38,678 nt of DNA from a virus: positions 1 to 38,678 of the IMG/VR virus record IMGVR_UViG_3300029813_000414. One strand, 5' to 3'. Below are positions 1-7,736 of the stretch, piece by piece; positions within the stretch are counted from its first letter, which is position 1, and each line of letters starts with the position of its first letter. The position numbers were made by a program, and so were the translations under genes. The notes below the pieces were generated by a model that searched no databases, was not told the DNA's origin, and worked only from the letters and a program-made list of their open reading frames with translations.

Positions 1-141
1 ATGGTGACATTGTACAAGCAAGGAGATGTGTTCAATGGAACGACCAAAGATAAGTGCAGAAGAGCTTAATCAAACTATTTACGCATTACAAACACAGTTG
101 GGCTGGCGGCTAAACGAAAAAGGAAGCGGGAGTTTTTCGTC
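1..141. repeat. Terminal direct repeat, left copy (identical to 38538..38678)
   Basis: Bases 1-141 (atggtgacattgtacaagc...gggagtttttcgtc) read identically at 38538-38678 with no mismatch. Confidence 0.97.
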
Positions 142-301
142 CAGTCATGAAATTCTGGGCTGTGTTGCTGAGGAATATTTCGAGCTGGTAGAGGCAGTTA
201 AATCATCTTCGACAGAAGCGATTTTAAGTGAACTTTATGACCTGGCTGTGGCGGCCGTGTTTGGTGCGGCTTGTCTCGAGAGAGGGAAAGTGGATTGGTG
301 A
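26..301 (+). CDS. MazG-like all-alpha NTP pyrophosphohydrolase (probable true start ATG at 35)
   Basis: AGGAG at 21-25 is adjacent to ATG 26 but 9 nt from the in-frame ATG 35. Acidic pairs EExxE (VAEEYFELVE) and ExxD (SELYDL) in a small helical protein fit the MazG signature. Confidence 0.55.
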   Translation: MCSMERPKISAEELNQTIYALQTQLGWRLNEKGSGSFSSSHEILGCVAEEYFELVEAVKSSSTEAILSELYDLAVAAVFGAACLERGKVDW

Positions 302-310
302 GATCGGACA

Positions 311-1201
311 ATGCGAATTGGACTGATGGATATTGAGCCGAAGATTTTCAATACTGCTTATATGCAGATTGCAAGTTATCACAAATTGCAGGCGGATTCT
401 GTCAAATGGTGGTCTCCCCTTACCGACCGTCAATTCGACCACGTGTATTGCAGCAGCATATTCGATTACACGAACAAATCAGAAGTGCCACGGCGGGTGC
501 TATGCGGGGGGACGGGGTTCGATGTCACCAGCCAGTTATCAGTAACGATTGAACGATGCGACCTGGATTACAGTATCTATCCGAAATGCGACAGGTCTTT
601 TGTATGGTTCAGCAGGGGTTGTATTCGCAACTGTCCCTGGTGTGTGGTCCCGCAAAAAGAGGGACATATCAAGTCGGTTACACCTAAAAATCTTAATCCG
701 AACGGCAGGAATATTGTGGTGCAGGACAATAATTTCTTTGCCAATCCTAACTGGCAGCAGGCGATTACCTGGCTGGGCGAGCAGGGTCAGCCGGTTGATT
801 TTCAGGGGGTGGATGCCCGCTTGCTTAATAAGAAAATGTGCGATGCGCTGCTATCGCTTCGTCATTATAAGCAAATCAAAATTGCCTGGGACAATCCACG
901 CCAGAATCTCGAGCCGAAACTCAAAGAGATAATCCAATACATCAAACCCTGGCGATTGATGTGCTACGTACTGATCGGCTACTGGCATGAGAAAGAGGAC
1001 ATGGATTTGTACAGGGTGGAAACCTTGAGGCGGTTAGGGATAGACCCCTTTGTGATGCCGTACGATAGAAGCAAGTTGTATCAGCGGGCGTTTGCCCGCT
1101 GGGTGAACCATAAAGGATTATTTAAGACCGCGAGCTGGCAGCAGTACTGGGCCAATGTCAATAGGTGGGAATCTGTCGGCCAAGGCTGGAAAGTGAGATG
1201 A
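311..1201 (+). CDS. Radical SAM enzyme (COG1032-like, no full B12 domain)
   Basis: CxxxCxxC cluster motif GCIRNCPWC. Downstream VVQDNNF, KIAWDNP and YVLIGYW strands fit a radical-SAM barrel. The stop overlaps the next start (ATGA at 1198-1201). Confidence 0.75.
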   Translation: MRIGLMDIEPKIFNTAYMQIASYHKLQADSVKWWSPLTDRQFDHVYCSSIFDYTNKSEVPRRVLCGGTGFDVTSQLSVTIERCDLDYSIYPKCDRSFVWFSRGCIRNCPWCVVPQKEGHIKSVTPKNLNPNGRNIVVQDNNFFANPNWQQAITWLGEQGQPVDFQGVDARLLNKKMCDALLSLRHYKQIKIAWDNPRQNLEPKLKEIIQYIKPWRLMCYVLIGYWHEKEDMDLYRVETLRRLGIDPFVMPYDRSKLYQRAFARWVNHKGLFKTASWQQYWANVNRWESVGQGWKVR

Positions 1202-1980
1202 ATGAACGACAAGAACGGATTACTTTCGGCAGTCTTTTCAGTGGGATCGGTGGACTTGACCTGGGCCTTGAACAGGCGGGAATGAAATGCGTGTTTCAGG
1301 TGGAAAATGACAGACACTGCATCACAATACTCAAAAGATATTGGCCTGATGTACCCAAAAACGAAATCAGACCCTGCATGGGACTTGTGGGCGGAGACCC
1401 TTGCCCCGTTCGAAGCACGGCTTCGGCAATGCATGGAACAACAAAACCCGACATGTCGGGCTATTTTCTTGCAATGGTGGCAAGATGCAAACCCCGGTGG
1501 GTTTTCCGCGAAAATGTTCCTGCACCTGATGTCGTGGATTTCGCAAAGGGATTGGACTTGCTTGGATACAAAACTGTTATTGTCTTCATGGATTCCCGTG
1601 CATTTACAGGTCAGAGCAGACATCGTGAATTCGTGGCAGGGTTCAATCTCAAAAATACCCTTGATCGGTTCGTCCGAGCATGCCAGAACGCCCAGATGGA
1701 TAAGGTGTCTTGCCAGAAGAATGGTATTAAGACGACGCCCCTGCTCTGTCTTAATACGAGAAGGCAACGCGTGGATTGTCGCGAAAATTATGTGTTTGAA
1801 GGGTCGGAACGGGGACTTCGTTTTCTATCACACACTGAGCGGGAGTCTCTTCAGGGATTCCCTGCTGGATGGACTGACGGAATACCTCAATCAGCTCGCG
1901 AACGAACCGTTGGAAACGCAGTCACGGTACCGGTAGCAAAATGGCTGGGCGAAAGAATTATAGAGGCAATTGGAAAGTGA
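1198..1980 (+). CDS. DNA (cytosine-5)-methyltransferase, short TRD, motif IV variant PCP
   Basis: Motif I FGSLFSGIGG, motif II VENDRH, motif IV GGDPCPVRS, motif VI RENV, motif VIII QSRHREF, motif IX RFLSHTERESLQGFP, motif X GNAVTVPV. Start chosen at ATG 1198, which overlaps the upstream stop. Confidence 0.85.
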   Translation: MNERQERITFGSLFSGIGGLDLGLEQAGMKCVFQVENDRHCITILKRYWPDVPKNEIRPCMGLVGGDPCPVRSTASAMHGTTKPDMSGYFLAMVARCKPRWVFRENVPAPDVVDFAKGLDLLGYKTVIVFMDSRAFTGQSRHREFVAGFNLKNTLDRFVRACQNAQMDKVSCQKNGIKTTPLLCLNTRRQRVDCRENYVFEGSERGLRFLSHTERESLQGFPAGWTDGIPQSARERTVGNAVTVPVAKWLGERIIEAIGK

Positions 1981-1981
1981 G

Positions 1982-2845
1982 ATGAAAATTAAAGCTCTTG
2001 CACCCTGGTTTGGTGCTAAGCGGAACCTGGCGCTGAGGATTGTCGAGCTGCTCGGCAAACATAGTGCTTACTGGGAACCGTTTTGCGGGTCAATGGCGGT
2101 CCTGCTGGCCAAGCCGCGATGTGTGATGGAAACCGTTAACGACCTTCACGGAGACTTGATTAACCTGGCCCGTGTGATCCAACATGAAAAACTCGCACAG
2201 AAACTTTATCGTCGGTTGAGGCGGACATTGATGCACGAGCAGATATTTATTGAAGCGGCCGATCGGTGCCGCGAAAGAGGTCATTGCTTTGATGCCAGCG
2301 AGCCCGACCTGGATAGGGCATACGATTACTTCGTTTGCTCATGGATGGGGCGAAACGGAGTTTCCGGCACGACCGGCTATAATCAGGGTTACTGTTTGCG
2401 GTTCACATCACGAGGCGGACATGCGGCAACCAGGTGGAAATCGGTTGTTGAATCCATACCGGCCTGGCGGCGCCGATTATGCCAAGTGACCATCCTGCAG
2501 CGGGATGCATTTGACATCATACCGCGAATCGAAGATGAACCGAAGACAGCGCTATATATCGACCCACCGTATATCGAACATGAAAAAGATTACGTCAATA
2601 AGATTAAGTCGGACGACCATCAGCGACTGGCGAAAATGCTGCATCGTTTTCAGAAGGCCCGCGTAGTCGTCAGCTACTACGACCATCCCAAACTTAATGA
2701 GCTATATCCTGATTGGCAGCGCCACGAAATTGTGATTTCTAAAGCCCTTGCACATCAAGCAGTTCGCGGCAAAAACGATATAAAGGTCAAAGAAGTATTA
2801 CTTGTCAATCAAAACACCAGCCGGATGACCTTATTTGATAAGTGA
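1982..2845 (+). CDS. Dam-like N6-adenine DNA methyltransferase (D12 class)
   Basis: WFGAKRNL...EPFCGSMAV (SAM-binding motif I) and catalytic DPPY (LYIDPPYIEH). ATG 1982 sits 1 nt after the upstream stop behind GGAAAGTGAG. Confidence 0.85.
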   Translation: MKIKALAPWFGAKRNLALRIVELLGKHSAYWEPFCGSMAVLLAKPRCVMETVNDLHGDLINLARVIQHEKLAQKLYRRLRRTLMHEQIFIEAADRCRERGHCFDASEPDLDRAYDYFVCSWMGRNGVSGTTGYNQGYCLRFTSRGGHAATRWKSVVESIPAWRRRLCQVTILQRDAFDIIPRIEDEPKTALYIDPPYIEHEKDYVNKIKSDDHQRLAKMLHRFQKARVVVSYYDHPKLNELYPDWQRHEIVISKALAHQAVRGKNDIKVKEVLLVNQNTSRMTLFDK

Positions 2846-2919
2846 TTACCAGCAGCAGGAAACCGGCTTTCGCGAGTCGAGTTAACTTTGCTGTAGTTTT
2901 TGGAAAGTGAAGTGAAAAA

Positions 2920-3099
2920 ATGGAAATAGACTGGGAACAAGCACAGAAACACTTGGAAGAAGTGGCGAAGGCGTATAGACAATTATCTTATGCATCAGCT
3001 TGGTTTGTAATGAGGCAACTGGAACAATTAAAACGCCGCTTCAACACGGGAGAACGCAGCGAAACTCTTTACGAAGAAATAATGTCGTTTGAACTATGA
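2920..3099 (+). CDS. Small hypothetical helical protein (59 aa, below ORF-track cutoff)
   Basis: Hand-translated MEIDWEQAQKHLEEVAKAYRQLSYASAWFVMRQLEQLKRRFNTGERSETLYEEIMSFEL. Preceded by GGAAAGTGAAGTGA and fills an otherwise empty gap. Confidence 0.5.
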   Translation: MEIDWEQAQKHLEEVAKAYRQLSYASAWFVMRQLEQLKRRFNTGERSETLYEEIMSFEL

Positions 3100-3198
3100 C
3101 CAGCGGCAGCGTGAACTCGTGAGTTGAATTAACTGCGCGGTAGTCTTTTGGAAGATTTGTAAACAATAACGGCTAAAAAACAGATTTTGTTAACTTTA

Positions 3199-3311
3199 CC
3201 GGCGGCGGCTGAACAGAAAAGTGATACGAAAAAGGTAAAGATGGAAGTTATGAGCTTGCAAACACGCCGTAAAGTTTTTAAGCCCGTGCGGGCGAGCCGC
3301 CGCCGGTTTTT
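3199..3311 (+). ncRNA. Structured intergenic element A (long hairpin + T-run), paralog of 4090..4224
   Basis: CCGGCGGCGGCT (3199-3210) pairs perfectly with AGCCGCCGCCGG (3295-3306), followed by TTTTT. The interior aligns with element B (AGAAAA.TGA...ATGGA...GCTTGCAAA.ACG..TAAAG...AAGCC..GGCGAGC). No conserved ORF. Confidence 0.45.
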
Positions 3312-3325
3312 AGAGAAATAGCTCA

Positions 3326-3541
3326 ATGAGCAATCTTGATATAGATTTTGAAACGGGGCTGGAGCGCAAAACTTTCAATATATCTTACGATGGTCGCCAT
3401 GATTACACGCCCGAAGAAGATGAGGTTTTGCAAGCGCTGGAGAAGTGGAAAAAAGAACGGCGCAAACGGTTCCCTTCCACGATAGATACGTTTCGGGTGA
3501 TAGAATCAATGGGCTACCAAAAAGCCCCCCAAGAACCCTGA
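3326..3541 (+). CDS. Hypothetical protein
   Basis: 71-aa ORF in operon orientation between the two structured elements. No recognisable motif. Confidence 0.55.
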   Translation: MSNLDIDFETGLERKTFNISYDGRHDYTPEEDEVLQALEKWKKERRKRFPSTIDTFRVIESMGYQKAPQEP

Positions 3542-3554
3542 AAGGAGATTTGAT

Positions 3555-4040
3555 ATGTTTTATAAAAAAATGCGAGTTACCATTTGCGTTGCTGTTGTTT
3601 GTGGGCTTGTGGTTGGCACTCAATATATAGTCTTGGCCGATAAGCACATCCGTAATAAGCCCGAAGACAATGTTATACAATGGCATTACACGATTGCAGA
3701 AGGCCAAGCCCTATCTCACAATATTGTCGCTTGCGACCCCAACGGTCAATTTTACGAAGGAAATCGCTTGATTATTACAGCCGAGTTTATGCCGGATGGG
3801 ATGGTTTTATCAAATAACTATCCGATTTGCACGGACGGCGCCTGCAGTTCGCCCGACCCGGTATGCGATTCAAATTGTATCGTTTACGGGGCGGACTTGG
3901 AATGGACGCCGACATACAGACAAGCTGGGACGTATTTGGTTTTAATACGCTGCACGGATGCAAGCGGGAACGAAGATAATAAATGGCTTGAGCTAATAGT
4001 AACCGAGGAGGATATTGAGCCCCCTTTTCTTGCGGACTAA
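3555..4040 (+). CDS. Signal-anchored/secreted protein with Ig-like (He_PIG/cadherin-like) domain
   Basis: GGAG 8 nt upstream. N-terminal hydrophobic segment VTICVAVVCGLVVG. C-terminal LEWTPTYRQAGTYLVLIRCTDASGNEDNKWLELIV resembles putative-Ig domain repeats. Confidence 0.5.
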   Translation: MFYKKMRVTICVAVVCGLVVGTQYIVLADKHIRNKPEDNVIQWHYTIAEGQALSHNIVACDPNGQFYEGNRLIITAEFMPDGMVLSNNYPICTDGACSSPDPVCDSNCIVYGADLEWTPTYRQAGTYLVLIRCTDASGNEDNKWLELIVTEEDIEPPFLAD

Positions 4041-4089
4041 TCGGCGTTGAGTTTTTAATTGTGGTTCTGTGGGTAGTATGGATTAACCA

Positions 4090-4224
4090 GCGGCGGCCAA
4101 AAGAAAAATGAACAATGATGTTAAAATGGAGAACTGAAGGCTTGCAAAACGTAAAGATAGACAGAGCGCATTCCAAGCCGGAATCCGGCGAGCGCCGGAC
4201 CGGCAATGGCCGCCGCCTTTTTTT
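4090..4224 (+). ncRNA. Structured intergenic element B (long hairpin + T7 run), paralog of 3199..3311
   Basis: GCGGCGGCCA (4090-4099) pairs with TGGCCGCCGC (4207-4216), followed by C + TTTTTTT. There are two inner GCCGG/CCGGC hairpins. The 5' 75 nt are about 70% alignable to element A. Confidence 0.45.
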
Positions 4225-4235
4225 GTAACGGATAG

Positions 4236-4679
4236 ATGTTAGAAATAATACCCATAAATCAACGTGAAGCAAAGGAGTTTGTGAAACGATTTCATAGGCA
4301 TCACAAACCACCAGTTGGTTCTGTTTTTCAAATTGCTTGTGCAGAGAATGATAAAATTTGTGGTGTGGCTATTGTAGGTCGACCAGTGGCAAGAATGTTG
4401 CAAGACGGTTGGACTTTAGAAGTCTTGCGCCTTTGCACAAATGGCACGAAGAATGCTTGTAGTAAATTATATTCAGCTGCTTGGCGTACGGCCCAGACAT
4501 TAGGATATAAAAAATTGGTTACATATATTTTTGATACTGAAACTGGAACATCGTTAAAAGCGGCCAACTGGCGATGCGTTGGTAAGTGCGGCGGTGGTTC
4601 GTGGAATCGTAAAAGCCGTCCAAGAGTTGATATGCACCCAAAGCAGATGAAAATAAGATACGAGATGAGCAAGCCCTAA
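4236..4679 (+). CDS. GNAT-fold-like protein resembling the XF1762 family (phage-associated, function unknown)
   Basis: EAKEFVKRFHRHHKPPVG..., GVAIVGRPVARMLQDGWTLEVLRLCT.G.KNACSKLY and a GG.SW..K.R tail match my recollection of the XF1762/Mom-like acyltransferase-fold family. Confidence 0.5.
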   Translation: MLEIIPINQREAKEFVKRFHRHHKPPVGSVFQIACAENDKICGVAIVGRPVARMLQDGWTLEVLRLCTNGTKNACSKLYSAAWRTAQTLGYKKLVTYIFDTETGTSLKAANWRCVGKCGGGSWNRKSRPRVDMHPKQMKIRYEMSKP

Positions 4680-4734
4680 AAGACCAACGACTTTAATTGG
4701 GCAATGGCCACTGCCTTTTATAAAAGGAGTAATA

Positions 4735-4890
4735 ATGAGTAAGAAGAAAAAAAGCGCAATAGAAATAGCACGCAGATTTCAACGCGAGACGCAAAAGATT
4801 GTTGATGACAGCAAAAACATCAACGAAATTTCGGTGCAATTTGGTGATAAACCAAAAATTATTCTCGCTAAGAAGAAGGAGAAGAAATGA
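4735..4890 (+). CDS. Small basic hypothetical protein (51 aa, below ORF-track cutoff)
   Basis: AAAGGAG at 4723-4729, 5 nt before ATG 4735. The stop overlaps the next start (ATGA 4887-4890). Sequence MSKKKKSAIEIARRFQRETQKIVDDSKNINEISVQFGDKPKIILAKKKEKK. Confidence 0.65.
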   Translation: MSKKKKSAIEIARRFQRETQKIVDDSKNINEISVQFGDKPKIILAKKKEKK

Positions 4891-5573
4891 GCAGAGAACG
4901 ACCAATCGTGATGTGCGGCGAATCGGTTCGGGGAATCCTCGAGGGACGAAAGACGCAGACGAGAAGGATTGTCACACCGCAGCCTTACGAAACCGAAATG
5001 TGTCCCGTGATAGTCTGCGTAGACGTTCAATCTCCCAGTGGTTATACGTTTGCAAGTGACCGCTTCGATGATAGGCCTATCAAGGCCAAATGCAAAGTCG
5101 ATGACAGACTGTGGGTGAGGGAAAATATCTGGCTTCATAAGCAGCATAATTTAGTCGGGGATAAGAATAAAGTTGCGAGATATTACGATGCGGATATGAG
5201 CCAGGCCCAAAAAGAAAAAGGGCGATGGTTACGCAACTGGTACGATTTTAGAACTTCAAGATTCATGCCGAAATGGGCCGCACGGATATGGCTTCAAATT
5301 ACGAATATCAGGGTGGAGCGGCTGCAGGAAATAAAATTCTTTGACATTAGAGCCGAAGGATTTGATTGTCCTGAACACGACTTTCCAGGGGGGATGTGCG
5401 TTTCTGAATGTAGGTTTTTGCGTAATGCTTTCAGCGAATATTGGGATTTTCTCAATGCAAAGCGCGGCTTCGGCTGGGACATCAACCCGTGGGTCTGGGT
5501 GATTGAGTTTGAGAGGATAGATGCCCGATGCTGGATGCACGATACCCGTAAAAGAAAAAAAGATGAAGATTGA
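4887..5573 (+). CDS. ASCH/PUA-like domain protein
   Basis: ILEGRKTQTRR...DRLWVRE...RFMPKWAARIWLQITNIRVERLQEI...NPWVWVIEF is the pattern of phage ASCH-like proteins commonly found beside ParB-methyltransferases. Confidence 0.6.
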   Translation: MSRERPIVMCGESVRGILEGRKTQTRRIVTPQPYETEMCPVIVCVDVQSPSGYTFASDRFDDRPIKAKCKVDDRLWVRENIWLHKQHNLVGDKNKVARYYDADMSQAQKEKGRWLRNWYDFRTSRFMPKWAARIWLQITNIRVERLQEIKFFDIRAEGFDCPEHDFPGGMCVSECRFLRNAFSEYWDFLNAKRGFGWDINPWVWVIEFERIDARCWMHDTRKRKKDED

Positions 5574-6897
5574 ACCGAAAATCCGGCAGTTTCGATTGAG
5601 CCAGTTAAGGGCTGCGAGCTATCACCCCCGGACAATAAGTAAGGATGCGCTCGAGGGTTTAACAAATTCGATAAAGAAGTTCGGCTGCGTTGAGCCAATC
5701 GCGGTCAATGTGCGAAACAATAAAAACACCATCATCGGGGGACATCAGAGATACAGAGTACTGGCAGGGTTGCACGCGGCCGATTACCAGTGCTTCTGTG
5801 TGACGGTTGATCTAAGCGGCGCCGATGAGAAACTCTTAAATATCACACTCAATAATCCCAAAATCCAGGGCCGGTTTATAGAGGACCTGGGCCGATATAT
5901 CGACCGGTTGCGAAAACAATTGAACGTAAAGGCCGATTACTTCGACCTGAAGATCGACCGGCTCAGGGCCGAGCTGGGCGAGACCGAAAAACAAGGTCTT
6001 ACCTACGATGATGAAATTCCAAAACCGCCGAAAAAGCCGGTGACAAAAAAAGGTGACCTATGGATTTTGGGCAAACATAGATTGCTGTGTGGTGATTCTA
6101 CGAATTCGGAGCATGTTCAGCGCCTGATGGGAAAAGAAAAGGCGGCCCTGTTCGCCACGGACCCGCCCTACTTTGTTAATTATACTGAAATAAAGAGACC
6201 TGTAAAAACCGAAGGTAAAAATTGGTCGGGTCTGTATCATGAGATTGATATTGATAAAGCTGCTAAGTTCCTGAGAGATTTTTTGCAGATAGGCTTTGCA
6301 GTCGTCAGAGATAAAACTGCCCTCTATATCTGGCATGCAGGTAAGCGCAAACGAATGATTGAAAATGTCTGCGATGAGCTGGACATCCTGATACATCAGC
6401 AGATTATCTGGGTGAAGCCATGCTCGGTCCTGACCTTCTCATTTTATCCCTGGCGACATGAGCCATGCCTGTTGATGTGGCAAAAAGGCAAAAAACCACA
6501 TTTTAAGCATAAAGAATCACAGATAGGAACAGTCTGGCCCGTTGGATGGGTCAAAGAGGGGGACCCAACGACACCGGAATATTACACCGATGTCTGGGAA
6601 TTAGACTGGGAAGGCAAAAAAAGAAACCCGGGAATCGAGCATCCGACTGTCAAGCCGGTGGAAATCTTTGCCATACCGATGAGGGTGCATACGACACCCG
6701 GTGATATTTGCTATGAGCCGTTCTGCGGCTCGGGCTCACAGATAATAGCGGCTGAGAAACTGGCCAGGCGATGCTTTGCTATGGAGCTGGAGCCGGTTTT
6801 CTGCGATGTGGCGGTCAAACGCTGGGAACAATGGACCGGCCGGAAGGCAGAGCTGATAAGGGGCACCAAAGGTGCCAGGGCGAAATCAAGGGTGTAA
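5563..6897 (+). CDS. ParB-like nuclease domain fused to N6/N4 DNA methyltransferase
   Basis: N-terminus has the ParB/Srx motif (IIGGHQRYRV). The MTase has DPPY (FATDPPYFVNY) and C-terminal FCGSGSQIIAAEKLARRCFAMELEP. ATG 5563 is preferred over 5521 because the overlap is shorter. Confidence 0.85.
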   Translation: MKIEPKIRQFRLSQLRAASYHPRTISKDALEGLTNSIKKFGCVEPIAVNVRNNKNTIIGGHQRYRVLAGLHAADYQCFCVTVDLSGADEKLLNITLNNPKIQGRFIEDLGRYIDRLRKQLNVKADYFDLKIDRLRAELGETEKQGLTYDDEIPKPPKKPVTKKGDLWILGKHRLLCGDSTNSEHVQRLMGKEKAALFATDPPYFVNYTEIKRPVKTEGKNWSGLYHEIDIDKAAKFLRDFLQIGFAVVRDKTALYIWHAGKRKRMIENVCDELDILIHQQIIWVKPCSVLTFSFYPWRHEPCLLMWQKGKKPHFKHKESQIGTVWPVGWVKEGDPTTPEYYTDVWELDWEGKKRNPGIEHPTVKPVEIFAIPMRVHTTPGDICYEPFCGSGSQIIAAEKLARRCFAMELEPVFCDVAVKRWEQWTGRKAELIRGTKGARAKSRV

Positions 6898-7100
6898 CAG
6901 GTGTAATCTATGGACAAAACGGTACACAGGGGCACACAGCAGGGCAGAAAGGGCTGATTTGGGCTTATGAAACGTGAAAGGAAGCCAGCGCGGGCGGAGT
7001 ATCGGATAAACCGCCTGCCGGGGCAGAGAGAAGCTGTCCTGGCATTTTTTCGCGCTGGCCGATCTCGTAATAAAAGTATCGGAGATAGTGTGGTTAGTGC

Positions 7101-7736
7101 TTGAAAAAAGAGCAGGTTGATGCCGTTGAAATAGCGGAGAAACAGCGACATCTTTATCTGCTCGAGAGAGTTAAAAACAATAAGACGCTTAGCAAAGGTG
7201 AATTAGACGAGTTGGCCGAGCTTGAGAAAAAACAACAAAAATCCACGAAGCGGGGCAAGGCCCGGACCTGTCCTGAGCGAAGTCGAAGGATTGCGGCCGA
7301 GCAGATCATCAAAACCCAAAAAGAGGCGGCCCAATACGCCTCTGTTAATACCCGCACGATTAGAAGGTGGATTAAAAACGGCATGCCCCGGACCGAGCAG
7401 GGCTTCTATATCAAGGGCATGCTCGATTTCTATAAAAAGAACGAGGGGACAGCGCCCGATGAAGATCGGCTCCGCCAGCAAAAGGCGGAGGCATCTCTAA
7501 AGGAGACCAAGTCCCAATTAGCGGAACTGGAGCTAAAGTTCAAACAGGGTGAATTCTTAAATCGCGCCGATTACGAAAAACAGCAGGTCGCCAAGGTCAT
7601 CGCGGTTAAGAGGGCACTGTTGGGCATGGGCAGAAAACTGGCGCCGAGATTGGCCAAGCTGAGGAATACAAGAAAAGTGCAGGCCATCATCAACGAGGAG
7701 GTAAGGAATATAATCGAGAGATTTGCAAAAAAGTGA
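7101..7736 (+). CDS. Terminase small subunit (Nu1-like HTH), start uncertain (TTG)
   Basis: HTH QKEAAQYASVNTRTIRRWIKNGMP followed by a coiled coil. Lies immediately upstream of and overlapping TerL. No ATG in the N-terminal 90 codons, so TTG 7101 is provisional. Confidence 0.7.
   Translation: MKKEQVDAVEIAEKQRHLYLLERVKNNKTLSKGELDELAELEKKQQKSTKRGKARTCPERSRRIAAEQIIKTQKEAAQYASVNTRTIRRWIKNGMPRTEQGFYIKGMLDFYKKNEGTAPDEDRLRQQKAEASLKETKSQLAELELKFKQGEFLNRADYEKQQVAKVIAVKRALLGMGRKLAPRLAKLRNTRKVQAIINEEVRNIIERFAKK

Noticed and set aside
1081-1767. 228-aa minus-strand ORF and the alternative plus-frame ORFs 333..545, 549..932 and 1307..1936
   Set aside because: They overlap the radical-SAM and C5-MTase genes, whose frames carry complete catalytic motifs. 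The alternative frames show no motifs.
3129-3326. 65-aa minus-strand ORF and a 26-aa plus-strand peptide (3241..3321) within structured element A
   Set aside because: Neither is conserved in the paralogous element B, and the minus ORF runs against the operon. The region is better explained as RNA structure.
7250-7292. Segment ggcccggacctgtcctgagcgaagtcgaaggattgcggcc inside the TerS N-terminal extension (translates as RTCPERSRRI / LSEVEG / STSLRTG in different frames)
   Set aside because: These peptides resemble those produced by widespread bacterial palindromic repeat elements. I cannot verify identity or copy number without a database search, and only one copy is present here.
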